Shown here piece by piece: positions 28,161 to 37,378 of a stretch of DNA of 58,296 bases. Each line of letters starts with the position of its first letter. Position 1 is the first letter of the stretch. A model generated the notes under the pieces. It made no database searches. It had not been told where the DNA came from and saw only the letters and a program-made list of their open reading frames with translations. Origin of the DNA: Candidatus Eiseniibacteriota bacterium (lineage in GTDB: Bacteria; Joyebacterota; Joyebacteria; Joyebacterales; Joyebacteraceae); contig JAUWLR010000001.1 in assembly GCA_030613615.1 (NCBI GenBank), positions 1 through 58,296 of the forward strand. The letters run 5' to 3'. A program made the position numbers and the translations under genes.

Positions 28161-28204
28161 TAGGCGTTTACGCGGGGAAGAGCGATATCCTAAGGGGTTT
28201 GCGG

Positions 28205-29308
28205 ATGCGAGTGGTCCTGATAGCCGGTGCGCGGCCGAATTTCGTCAAGATAGCGTCCTTGAGAAGGGTGCTGTCGGGACGAAGCGGGATGGAGGTGCTC
28301 GTCGTTCACACGGGGCAGCACTACGACGATGAGATGTCGGGCGCGTTCTTCAGGGACCTTGAGATGGATGAGCCCGACCGGAACCTCGGCGTGGGCTCAG
28401 GTTCGCATGCCGTGCAGACGGCGGGCGTGATGACCAGGTTCGACGCGTTCCTGGACGAGGTCGCGACGGACATGGTCGTTGTCGTAGGGGACGTCAACTC
28501 CACGGTCGCCTGCTCACTGACGGCGGTCAAGCGCGGCATTCCGGTGGCGCACGTCGAAGCGGGCCTGAGGAGTTTCGACTGGGAGATGCCGGAGGAGATT
28601 AACCGGCTCGTGACGGACAGGCTGTCGTCGCTTCTGTTCACGCCCTCCCGCGACGGTGACGAGAACCTCAAGAAGGAAGGGAGACCGGCCGAGGCCATCC
28701 ACTTCGTCGGAAACGTCATGGTCGACACCTTGATTCGGTTCCGTGAGAAGGCCGCGCAGTCGGACGTGCTGGACCGGCTGGGTGTCGTCGCCGGCGAGTA
28801 CGCGGTCCTGACGCTGCACCGACCGCGCAACGTCGACACGCGCGAGGCGTTCGTAGGCTTACTCGACACGTTCGCCGGGATCGCCCGCCGCATACCCGTA
28901 GTGTACCCGATGCATCCACGCAGCAGGAGGACGCTCACCGAGGCCGGGTTGCTGGAACGCGCGGAGGCGATATCGGGTCTGATGATGACGGGGCCGCTCG
29001 GCTACCTCGACTTCATCGAACTCGAGGGGCGGGCCAGGCTCGTCATGACTGACTCGGGCGGCGTTCAGGAGGAGACGACGGTACTGGGCGTGCCCTGCCT
29101 GACGCTCAGGCCGAACACCGAGCGCCCGGTGACCATCACAGAGGGGACGAACACGCTCGTCGGCACGAACCCCGATGCCATCACGAAGGCCGCCATTGGA
29201 ATACTCGATGAAGGGTACAAGCTCTCCGGGCGTCTGCCGGAGTTGTGGGACGGACACGCGTCCGAACGGATCGCGGATATTGTAGAGGACTACGGAGGCC
29301 GGCCGTGA
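28205..29308 (+). CDS. wecB: UDP-N-acetylglucosamine 2-epimerase (non-hydrolysing)
   Basis: 'RVVLIAGARPNFVKIA','HTGQHYD','GDVNSTVA','HVEAGLRSFD','MTDSGGVQEETT'. AAGGGG 6 nt upstream of ATG 28205. Confidence 0.9.
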   Translation: MRVVLIAGARPNFVKIASLRRVLSGRSGMEVLVVHTGQHYDDEMSGAFFRDLEMDEPDRNLGVGSGSHAVQTAGVMTRFDAFLDEVATDMVVVVGDVNSTVACSLTAVKRGIPVAHVEAGLRSFDWEMPEEINRLVTDRLSSLLFTPSRDGDENLKKEGRPAEAIHFVGNVMVDTLIRFREKAAQSDVLDRLGVVAGEYAVLTLHRPRNVDTREAFVGLLDTFAGIARRIPVVYPMHPRSRRTLTEAGLLERAEAISGLMMTGPLGYLDFIELEGRARLVMTDSGGVQEETTVLGVPCLTLRPNTERPVTITEGTNTLVGTNPDAITKAAIGILDEGYKLSGRLPELWDGHASERIADIVEDYGGRP

Positions 29309-29377
29309 GACGGGCGCGACGCTCGAGCATCTCGCGCGACCGGCGCGGAATTCACCAGTAACAGAAAGCAGACACCG

Positions 29378-30487
29378 ATGAACGTACCGCTGCTCGACCT
29401 GAAGAGGCAGTACCAGACCATCAAAGATGAGATCAACGCGGCGATCGCGGAGGTCGTGGAGTCCCAGGGCTTCAAGCTCGGCCCGAAGGTCGCCGCCTTC
29501 GAAAAAGAGATCGCCGACTACTGCGGCACGAAGCACGCGATCGGCGTAGCGTCCGGGACCGACGCGATTCTGCTGGCTCTTATGGCCGTCGGCGTCGGGC
29601 GGGACGACGAGGTGATCACGACCCCGTACACCTTCTTCGCGACGGCGGGCGCCGTCACGAGAGTGGGGGCGGTTCCCGTCTTCGTCGACATCGACCCTAA
29701 GACCTACAACATCGACCCCCATAAGATCGAGGCTGCGGTCACGGAGAAGACGAAGGTCATTATGCCCGTTCATCTCTACGGGCAGTGCGCCGACATGGAT
29801 CCCATCCTGGAGGTGGCGGACAGACGCGGCATCGCAGTAGTGGAGGACGCGGCGCAGGCCATCGGATCGGAGTACAAGGGTCGCCGGGCGGGGTCGATGG
29901 GCCGGGCGGGCTGCTTCAGTTTCTTCCCGAGCAAGAATCTCGGCGGCTACGGCGACGGCGGCATGATAACGACCGACAGCGACGAGCTGGCCGACCTCCT
30001 GGTGAGCCTGCGCGAGCACGGGCAGACCGAGGCCTACCACCACTGGACCATCGGGACCAACAGCAGGCTCGACGCCCTGCAGGCCGCCGTCCTCAGTGTG
30101 AAGCTCAGACACCTGGACGCGTGGAGCGATGGCAGGTCGGCCAACGCGGACTACTACGGCTCGAGGTTCGAGGGAACGCCGGTGACCGCGCCCTGGCGCG
30201 AGGAGTGGAGCCGGCACATCTACAACCAGTGCATCATCCGGGTCCCCGATCGTGACGCGCTTCTGGCTCACCTCAGAGAGAGCGGCATCGGCTGCGCGCT
30301 CTACTACCCCGTGCCATTGCACCTTCAGAAGTGCTTCCAGACGCTCGGCCACACCGAGGGGGATCTGCCGGAGGCGGAGAGGGCGGCGCTCGAGACCATC
30401 TCCATCCCGGTGTTCTCGCTTCTCACTGATGAAGAGAAGGCGCACGTGGCGGACACGGTTCTCGAGTTCACGGGCGGCAGCGCCTAG
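29378..30487 (+). CDS. DegT/DnrJ/EryC1/StrS-family PLP-dependent sugar aminotransferase
   Basis: 'VPLLDLKRQYQTIKDEI','GVASGTDAILLAL','VHLYGQCADMD','FSFFPSKNLGGYGDGG' (Schiff-base Lys). Confidence 0.9.
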   Translation: MNVPLLDLKRQYQTIKDEINAAIAEVVESQGFKLGPKVAAFEKEIADYCGTKHAIGVASGTDAILLALMAVGVGRDDEVITTPYTFFATAGAVTRVGAVPVFVDIDPKTYNIDPHKIEAAVTEKTKVIMPVHLYGQCADMDPILEVADRRGIAVVEDAAQAIGSEYKGRRAGSMGRAGCFSFFPSKNLGGYGDGGMITTDSDELADLLVSLREHGQTEAYHHWTIGTNSRLDALQAAVLSVKLRHLDAWSDGRSANADYYGSRFEGTPVTAPWREEWSRHIYNQCIIRVPDRDALLAHLRESGIGCALYYPVPLHLQKCFQTLGHTEGDLPEAERAALETISIPVFSLLTDEEKAHVADTVLEFTGGSA

Positions 30488-30578
30488 GGAGCACCGCTCG
30501 CGCTGAGCGGAGTTCCGCTCCCGCAGCGTGGAGTGCTGCCAACGCGGCGTAGAGCACCGCCTACGGAGGACGGACGAG

Positions 30579-31520
30579 ATGGCCGGGGAGAAGCTCGGCA
30601 GGCACATCGACCTCTCATCCCCGAGGGGATACTACCTCGACTACTCGCACATGGCCGTGTGCGAGCCCGAGCGGAACGAGAGGGGCGTGCCGGTCGTCCG
30701 TGTCAGAGGTGGCGGCAGGGTGTGCTCCCCTCTACTCGCGGCCCGGGCCGCGCTCGGCAACCTTGAGGTCTACCTCGAGAACGGGAACTCCCAACGAAGA
30801 GAGCGCTTCAGCAGTCTCGCCCGCTGGCTTGTCGACAGCATGGAGATCCTGCCGGGTAGCTTCGGCGGCTGGTCGATGCCCGAGGTTCCTCGGGCGCTCC
30901 GAGGAGAGCTGCCACAAGGGTGGTTCTCGGCCTCCGCGCACGCGGAGTGCATCGCCGTCCTGGTCCGGGCGGTCTCACTCCTGCGTCAGGAGGGCGCCAT
31001 TGAGGCGGCCAGACGGGCCATGGGCGCCTTCTACACGAGCGTTGAGGACGGCGGATTCCTCCGCGAGATAGGCGAGGCCGGCGACGAGGGTGGTGTGGAG
31101 TCGCTCGCGTTCATCGATGAGTTCCCGGTTGCGGAAGCGCCCCGCATGGTTCTGGGCAGCCACATCAAGAGTATCTGGGCGATGTTCGACTACCTGAACG
31201 TCGATGATGACCCGGGGGCGCGCATCCTCCTCAATCGGTGCGTGGGCGGGCTCGCCTTCGCCCTCGACAGGTTCGATCTGGGCTACTGGACCAGCACCAG
31301 TCTGAACGGTCATCGCATGCGCCCCGCCAGCTCCCGGCGTCACGGCACCCACGTCCTGATGATGGGCGTGCTCCATCAGATGACCGGTAACGACGTGTTC
31401 GCGGAATCTGCGCGGCGGTGGGGCGGCTACGCGCGGAACTCACGCAACAGGGCGAGGGCGAAGCTGGAACGCGCGCGCGCGGCGCTCGCCAACGCGGGGG
31501 CCTCTGTGGCTCCGGAGTAG
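30579..31520 (+). CDS. D-glucuronyl C5-epimerase C-terminal-domain-like protein (tentative)
   Basis: GGAGGA 7 nt before ATG 30579. 'GGWSMP...QGWFSASAHAECIAVLVRA' and 'MVLGSHIKSIWAMFDY' resemble the conserved W-(I/F)-S-A-M-x-Q-G...S-(V/L)-L-x-R-A and VLNG-x-I-x-x-L-x-G-L-x-D blocks of C5-epimerases. Similarity was judged by eye only. Confidence 0.55.
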   Translation: MAGEKLGRHIDLSSPRGYYLDYSHMAVCEPERNERGVPVVRVRGGGRVCSPLLAARAALGNLEVYLENGNSQRRERFSSLARWLVDSMEILPGSFGGWSMPEVPRALRGELPQGWFSASAHAECIAVLVRAVSLLRQEGAIEAARRAMGAFYTSVEDGGFLREIGEAGDEGGVESLAFIDEFPVAEAPRMVLGSHIKSIWAMFDYLNVDDDPGARILLNRCVGGLAFALDRFDLGYWTSTSLNGHRMRPASSRRHGTHVLMMGVLHQMTGNDVFAESARRWGGYARNSRNRARAKLERARAALANAGASVAPE

Positions 31521-31565
31521 GGGCGTTGGTGGACCGGAGCATCCGCTTCATGACATGTTGCGTGT

Positions 31566-31593
31566 TTGGTTTTGCGCTGGTTGGTGCTATATT
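31566..31593 (+). promoter_or_regulatory. Possible promoter for the initiating transferase gene
   Basis: TTGGTT - 16 nt - TGc-TATATT in an AT-richer spacer. Confidence 0.35.
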
Positions 31594-31651
31594 CAAGGTT
31601 CGAACTGCGGAAACGGATGGCACGGGCGCGATCACCCGAACGAGGTAGTGC

Positions 31652-32968
31652 GTGGATCTGGTCAGCTGGTCACTCATCATACTGGGCTCAGCCGCGGCGC
31701 TGTCGTGGCTGCTCATGAAGCCGGTCGCCAGGCTCGGGCTGCGGGTGGGTCTCGTGGACCTTCCAAGCTCGCGCCGCACACGCGCGCGCCCTGTTCCCAC
31801 GACCGGCGGCATCGTCATATTCCTCACGACCGCCGCATCGCTGGTCTTCGCACTGAGGTTCTACAGCTACGTGGCTCCGAACGTGGCGTTCAGGTTCTCC
31901 GCGCTCCTGGTCGGGGGGACCGTCATCGTCGTCCTCGGCATAATCGACGACCGCGTCAACCTCAAACCCGGCGTGAAGCTCATGGTCCAGGTGGCCGTGG
32001 CCGTCGCGATGGTCGCGAGCGGCATCGCATTTGAGAGAATGCACCTTTTCTTCGGCCCGGCCCTCGAGCTGGGGTGGCTCAGCTATCCAATCACCGTCTT
32101 CTGGATCGTCGGCTTCATGAACGCCTTCAATCTCATCGACGGTCTGGACGGACTTGCGGGCGGGATAGCCGTTATCGCCGCTTCGGCCCTCTTTCTCGTG
32201 GGCCTCATGAACAACAACCCGCTGCTGTACATGATGGTAGCGGGCATTTTCGGCAGCGGCGTCGGGTTCCTCCTCCACAACTTCCGCGAGGGCAACGTCT
32301 ACCTGGGCGATGCGGGTAGTATGGGACTGGGGTTCTTCCTTGCGGGAGGCGCCGTTATTGGCGGCCGGAGCGACCTCGCCAGCAACGCCGTGCTCGTCGT
32401 CGGCGCCTGTATGATAGTGCCGGCGTTCGATGTGGTGACGACCATCGTCCGCCGGGGCCGGTCGCACGGGGGAGTGATGACACCAGACCAGTCCCACGTT
32501 CATCACCGCCTCATCCGCTTCGGGCTCAACCCGAAGGCGGCAGTGATCGTGCTGTGGGGAGTCACGGTCTTCTTCGGCTGGCAGATGCTCGGGTTCATCG
32601 CGCCCTACGGGTTGGTCTATCTGCTGGGGAGCTACATCGTCGCCCTCGGTGTGGCGAACGTGCTGATGGAGCAGCGGAGAAAGAACCTCAAAACCATAAA
32701 GAGTGACCTCAAGGAAGAGGTATCCAACCTCGTGGGGCTGCGTGTCGGCGACGAGGCCGAGAAAATCTCCTCGCTCCGCGAGATAATCGTCGCTCAGATC
32801 CGTCGCGAGGCCCTCTACCGGAGGATGGTGAGGGACGAGGCCGCCGGCCGCACTCCGGGCGGTGCGGTTCCACGCGAGCCCGTTTCTGCTGCTAGTGGGC
32901 CCGGCGAGCCCGTCCAGGACGACCAAGTGTCTCCAGCTAAGAGCAAAGCTGACGAGCTGCCCGTCTAG
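31652..32968 (+). CDS. Polyprenyl-phosphate N-acetylhexosamine-1-phosphate transferase (MraY/WecA family) with a ~100-aa charged C-terminal tail
   Basis: 'IIDDRVNLKPGVKL','MNAFNLIDGLDGLAGG','YLGDAGSMGLGF','SHVHHRL'. GTG start. Confidence 0.85.
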   Translation: MDLVSWSLIILGSAAALSWLLMKPVARLGLRVGLVDLPSSRRTRARPVPTTGGIVIFLTTAASLVFALRFYSYVAPNVAFRFSALLVGGTVIVVLGIIDDRVNLKPGVKLMVQVAVAVAMVASGIAFERMHLFFGPALELGWLSYPITVFWIVGFMNAFNLIDGLDGLAGGIAVIAASALFLVGLMNNNPLLYMMVAGIFGSGVGFLLHNFREGNVYLGDAGSMGLGFFLAGGAVIGGRSDLASNAVLVVGACMIVPAFDVVTTIVRRGRSHGGVMTPDQSHVHHRLIRFGLNPKAAVIVLWGVTVFFGWQMLGFIAPYGLVYLLGSYIVALGVANVLMEQRRKNLKTIKSDLKEEVSNLVGLRVGDEAEKISSLREIIVAQIRREALYRRMVRDEAAGRTPGGAVPREPVSAASGPGEPVQDDQVSPAKSKADELPV

Positions 32969-33085
32969 GACTCGAGACGGCTGACGACGTTGGATTGCGC
33001 CTCGACAACCTCAATGGCCTTCGCAGGTTCCGCGCAGGGAATCTCCCACATAGACGGACAACGGCAAGTGTGCGGCGGGTCGTGA

Positions 33086-33114
33086 TTGCCTCAGCGACGT
33101 GCTGATGATAAACT
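33086..33114 (+). promoter_or_regulatory. Putative ppdK promoter
   Basis: TTGCCT - 17 nt - TGa-TAAACT. It overlaps an inverted repeat tgctgat...atcagca. Confidence 0.4.
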
Positions 33115-33212
33115 CACCGGTTTGGGAATCAGCATCACGCGGGAGTCGCCCGTTCTCCAGGTCGGGACGCGACAGCGCGCCGGCGCCACGGACAGATGCA
33201 AGGAGCAGAGTA

Positions 33213-35897
33213 ATGCCACAGAGATACGTATACAACTTCGGCGGCGGGAAGGCCGACGGCCGCGGGGAGATGAAGGACATCCTTGGCGGCAAGGGCGCCA
33301 ATCTCGCCGAGATGACCAACCTCGGCGTGCCGGTGCCCGCGGGGTTCACCATCTCCACGCGCGTGTGCACCTATTACATGGAGCACGACTCGACGTTCCC
33401 CGACGGACTGGTCGAGGAAGTCGATGCCGCCATCGCGAAGGTGGGGAGTGAGATGAGGAGGGAGTTCGGCGGCTCCGTCAGCCCGTTGCTGCTCTCCGTG
33501 CGCTCGGGAGCGCGTGTGTCGATGCCGGGGATGATGGACTCCGTGCTCAACATAGGCATGAACGACACGACGGCGGCCAGCATAGTCGCGAAGACGGGCA
33601 CAGAGCGATTCGTCTACGACAGCTACCGTCGCCTCATTCAGATGTACTCCGACGTCGTCATGGACCTTCCGATAGGGGAGTTCAACGCCCTCCTCGACGA
33701 GCGCAAGAAGGAGAAAGGCGTCTGGCACGACACCGACCTCACCGCCGAGGATCTCAAGGACCTCGCGGGCAAGTTCAAGGAGAAGGTGAAGAAACTGTCG
33801 GGCAAGGACTTCCCGGACGACCCGCACGAGCAGCTCTGGGGCGCCATACGCGCGGTGTTCGACTCGTGGAACATCCCGCGCGCGATCGCCTACCGGAAGC
33901 TCAACGACATCCCCCACGACTGGGGCACGGCGGTCAACGTGCAGGCGATGGTCTTCGGCAACATGGGAGAGGGCAGCGCCACCGGGGTCGCGTTCACGCG
34001 AGACCCCGCGACCGGCGAGAAGGTCTTCTACGGCGAGTGGTTGTCCAACGCGCAGGGCGAGGACGTCGTATCGGGCGTCAGGACGCCCCAGCCCATCAAT
34101 CTCGCACAGAAGAAGGAGGACGAAGGGGACTCGCTCGAGGAAGCCATGCCCGAGATCTACGCGGAGCTCGACGCCATCCGGCAGATGCTCGAGCTGCACT
34201 ACACCGACACCCAGGACCTCGAGTTCACCATTCAGGCCGGCAAGCTCTGGATGCTCCAGACGAGGACCGGGAAACGCACCGCCGAGGCGGCCATCCGTAT
34301 CGCCGTGGAGATGGAGGCGGAGGGACTCATCGACCGCAAGACGGCCATCCTCCGCGTCGACCCGGACCAGCTCGAGCAGCAGCTCCACCAGAAGCTCGAT
34401 CCCAACGCGGAGTTCGAGGCGCTCACGAAAGGACTACCGGCGTCTCCCGGCGCCGCGGTCGGCCGCGTCGTCTTCACCGCCGAGGACGCCGTGGAATGGT
34501 CAGAAGACAGCGACGAAGAGAAGCACCGCACGGTCCTCGTCCGCGAGGAGACATCGCCGGAGGACATTGACGGGATGAACGCGTCGCAGGGCTTCCTGAC
34601 CGCCCGAGGCGGCATGACCTCACACGCTGCGGTCGTCGCGCGCGGGATGGGCAAGTGCTGCGTCGCCGGCGCCGGGCACATCAAGATCGACTACGCGTCC
34701 CGGACGTTCAGCGTCAAGGGAACAACGATTAAAGAGGGCGACTGGCTGACGCTCGACGGCTCGACAGGAGAGGTCATCCTCGGCCAGATGCCGACGGTCG
34801 ACCCGGAGCTCTCCGGCAACTTCGCGACGCTGATGGAATGGGCCGACGAGTTCCGGCAGCTCGGCGTCCGCACGAACGCCGACACACCCGAGGATGCGGC
34901 GCGCGCGAGGAGCTTCGGCGCCGAGGGCATCGGGCTCTGCCGCACTGAGCACATGTTCTTCGGAGAGGGACGCATCAAGTACATCCGCGCGATGATCATG
35001 GCGGCCGACGAGGACGAGCGACGGGAGGCTCTCGAGAAGCTCCTGCCGTTTCAGCGTGAGGATTTCGAGGGCATCCTCGAGGTGATGGAGGGGCGTCCGG
35101 TGACCATCAGGTTGCTGGACCCGCCGCTTCACGAGTTCATTCCAGCGACCGACAAGGAGATCGAGGGGCTCGCGGCGGAGCTGGGCAAGGACGCCGATGA
35201 GATGAAGGAGAGGGCCGCGGCGCTTCGCGAGGTGAACCCGATGCTGGGACACCGGGGCTGCAGGCTGGGCATCACCTACCCGGAAGTGTACGAGATGCAG
35301 GCTCGGGCCATATTCGAGGCGGCGAAGGCGCTTGCCGAGCGTGGCATCGACGCGCGACCGGAGGTGATGATACCGCTCGTGGGAGAGCCCAAGGAGCTGT
35401 CGATCCTGCGGAAGCTCGTCGAGAAAGTGGCGGCCGAGGTCCTCGGTGACGACACGGACGCCGTTCCGTACCACATCGGCACGATGATAGAGATACCGCG
35501 CGCCGCCATCGTGGCGGACGAGATCGCCGAACACGCCGACTTCTTCTCGTTCGGAACGAACGATCTGACGCAGATGACGTACGGCTTCAGTCGTGACGAC
35601 GCCAGTTCCTTCCTCAAGGACTACCTGAAGAGGGGAATCCTCAGGAAGGACCCCTTCCAGTCTCTGGACAAGCGCGGTGTCGGAGCTCTGGTGCAGATGG
35701 CGGTCGATAACGGCAGGCTGGCCAAGCCCGATCTTCACATGGGCATCTGCGGCGAGCACGGAGGCGACCCCGAGTCCATCTACTTCTGCCATCGCGTGGG
35801 GCTGGACTACGTGAGTTGCTCACCCTACCGCGTACCGGTGGCGCGTCTGGCGGCCGCACACGCGGTTCTGAGGGCCCGCATCAGGGGCATCATGTAG
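33213..35897 (+). CDS. ppdK: Pyruvate, phosphate dikinase
   Basis: AGGAG before the ATG. 'YVYNFGGGKADGRGEMKDILGGKGANLAEM', phospho-His motif 'GGMTSHAAVVARGMGK', 'GLCRTEHMFF','FSFGTNDLTQ','GICGEHGGDP'. Confidence 0.95.
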   Translation: MPQRYVYNFGGGKADGRGEMKDILGGKGANLAEMTNLGVPVPAGFTISTRVCTYYMEHDSTFPDGLVEEVDAAIAKVGSEMRREFGGSVSPLLLSVRSGARVSMPGMMDSVLNIGMNDTTAASIVAKTGTERFVYDSYRRLIQMYSDVVMDLPIGEFNALLDERKKEKGVWHDTDLTAEDLKDLAGKFKEKVKKLSGKDFPDDPHEQLWGAIRAVFDSWNIPRAIAYRKLNDIPHDWGTAVNVQAMVFGNMGEGSATGVAFTRDPATGEKVFYGEWLSNAQGEDVVSGVRTPQPINLAQKKEDEGDSLEEAMPEIYAELDAIRQMLELHYTDTQDLEFTIQAGKLWMLQTRTGKRTAEAAIRIAVEMEAEGLIDRKTAILRVDPDQLEQQLHQKLDPNAEFEALTKGLPASPGAAVGRVVFTAEDAVEWSEDSDEEKHRTVLVREETSPEDIDGMNASQGFLTARGGMTSHAAVVARGMGKCCVAGAGHIKIDYASRTFSVKGTTIKEGDWLTLDGSTGEVILGQMPTVDPELSGNFATLMEWADEFRQLGVRTNADTPEDAARARSFGAEGIGLCRTEHMFFGEGRIKYIRAMIMAADEDERREALEKLLPFQREDFEGILEVMEGRPVTIRLLDPPLHEFIPATDKEIEGLAAELGKDADEMKERAAALREVNPMLGHRGCRLGITYPEVYEMQARAIFEAAKALAERGIDARPEVMIPLVGEPKELSILRKLVEKVAAEVLGDDTDAVPYHIGTMIEIPRAAIVADEIAEHADFFSFGTNDLTQMTYGFSRDDASSFLKDYLKRGILRKDPFQSLDKRGVGALVQMAVDNGRLAKPDLHMGICGEHGGDPESIYFCHRVGLDYVSCSPYRVPVARLAAAHAVLRARIRGIM

Positions 35898-36031
35898 CCG
35901 TTTGGTCGCACGCGGGCAGCGCGCCTGCGATGAGCCGGCGGCGCGGGCACGGGACGCCGAGCACGCGGACACGGAGCGGCATGCACGTCCGCCGCGCGAG
36001 CCTGAAGCGTTGATAATTCAGGGGTTGACGC

Positions 36032-36061
36032 TTGACGGTGGCGCCGTCGGGCCGCTAGAAT
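36032..36061 (+). promoter_or_regulatory. Strong sigma70-like promoter
   Basis: TTGACG (tandem copy also at 36025) - 18 nt - TAGAAT, about 60 nt upstream of GTG 36125. Confidence 0.55.
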
Positions 36062-36124
36062 CCAGATGTACTCAAGAGCACTTGAAACCCGCGTTGTGCA
36101 GCTTCTGAAGGGAGCTGTGAGAAG

Positions 36125-36310
36125 GTGCGTTTCTTGAGCAAGGCGATCGACTTCCTGGTCAAGCCTGGCCCCGCGCGAACCGCGACATTCTTCGTCATCG
36201 GGCTCGTGGTGTTCGAGGCGTTTCTCATCGTTGGGCTCGTGACCGCGCACTTCTGGGAGACGCTGTCGAACGGCGCCTTGATCTGTCTGTCCTGTATCGG
36301 CGTAGGCTGA
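36125..36310 (+). CDS. Small hydrophobic protein (61 aa), hypothetical
   Basis: GTG start after GAGAAGG. Predicted TM 'TATFFVIGLVVFEAFLIVGLV'. It sits between the promoter and the polyferredoxin gene. No family recognised. Confidence 0.35.
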   Translation: MRFLSKAIDFLVKPGPARTATFFVIGLVVFEAFLIVGLVTAHFWETLSNGALICLSCIGVG

Positions 36311-36391
36311 TTCTGTTGCTGACGTCGTCCGGGCTCGCGGCCGGCGGCAGACGCGCGAGGCGGGGTTCGGGACCGGGGACGGGAGACCTAC

Positions 36392-37348
36392 TTGAAACGG
36401 CGGATCGTCCAGTTCATCGCGCTCCTCCTCACCAACTCCTACTTCGTTGCCATCCCGAGAGCGACCTTCTATCAGGGTGCGCTCAAGGGCGTCTGCGTCC
36501 CCGTGCTCAACTGCTATGCCTGTCCCCTCGCATGGGGCTCGTGCCCGATAGGCGCGCTTCAGCACTTCGTCATCATCAGGCAGTTCCCGTTCTATGTGCT
36601 GGGCATTCTGGGTTTGATCGGTGTCTTCGTCGGGCGGTTCCCGTGCGGGTGGCTCTGCCCGTTCGGCTGGTTCCAAGAGATCGTCTACAAGCTCAAGCTG
36701 CCGAAGTTCTCCGCTCCGAACTGGCTCAGGCACATGAAGTACGTCGTGCTCGTGGTCGTGTGCGGGCTGATCGCCTGGTGGACCTACGAGCCATGGTTCT
36801 GCAAGATCTGCCCCGCCGGGACGCTTGAGGGTGGTCTTCCCTGGCTCTTGTGGCAGGCGCGGGGCTCCGAGGGCGCGGAGGGGATGAGTTTTCTCACCTG
36901 GGTGTTCGGGCTCAAGGTCCTCATCCTGGCCGTGCTAGTGCTCTTGATGGGCATGATGAGGCGACCGTTCTGCCGATTCGTTTGTCCCCTGGGCGCTCTT
37001 CTGGGTCTGACGAACAAGTTCAGCCTGCTTCAGATGGACACCCATCTCGACGACTGCGCCATCGCCTACGCCCTGGGTTCCGACTTCAAGAACTGCGCCT
37101 CCTGCATGCACTGTTCGAAGGACTGCCCGATGGGGCTCAAGGTGCCGGAGGAGATAGGAAGCGTGGACTGCATTCGCTGCATGAACTGCACGAGTTACGG
37201 TTCTGTCTACTGGAAAATGAGCCTCGGACAAGGAGGTAGAGGAACGGACAGAGGCAGAGCGGAAGCGGCCGCTGCTCGGGGAGCGGCCCGAGAGGCGGCG
37301 ATAACCACCGAGACCGCCGAGAAGCTGGAAGCGCCCGACTCGAGTTGA
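36392..37348 (+). CDS. Membrane polyferredoxin, NapH/MauN-like 4Fe-4S binding protein
   Basis: 'CYACPLAWGSCP','CGWLCPFGW','CKICPAGT','CRFVCPLG' plus ferredoxin-type clusters 'CASCMHCSKDCP' and 'CIRCMNCTSY'. TTG start. Confidence 0.75.
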   Translation: MKRRIVQFIALLLTNSYFVAIPRATFYQGALKGVCVPVLNCYACPLAWGSCPIGALQHFVIIRQFPFYVLGILGLIGVFVGRFPCGWLCPFGWFQEIVYKLKLPKFSAPNWLRHMKYVVLVVVCGLIAWWTYEPWFCKICPAGTLEGGLPWLLWQARGSEGAEGMSFLTWVFGLKVLILAVLVLLMGMMRRPFCRFVCPLGALLGLTNKFSLLQMDTHLDDCAIAYALGSDFKNCASCMHCSKDCPMGLKVPEEIGSVDCIRCMNCTSYGSVYWKMSLGQGGRGTDRGRAEAAAARGAAREAAITTETAEKLEAPDSS

Positions 37349-37378
37349 GAGTCGGATTGCCCTGGAAGGGGGGAAGCA

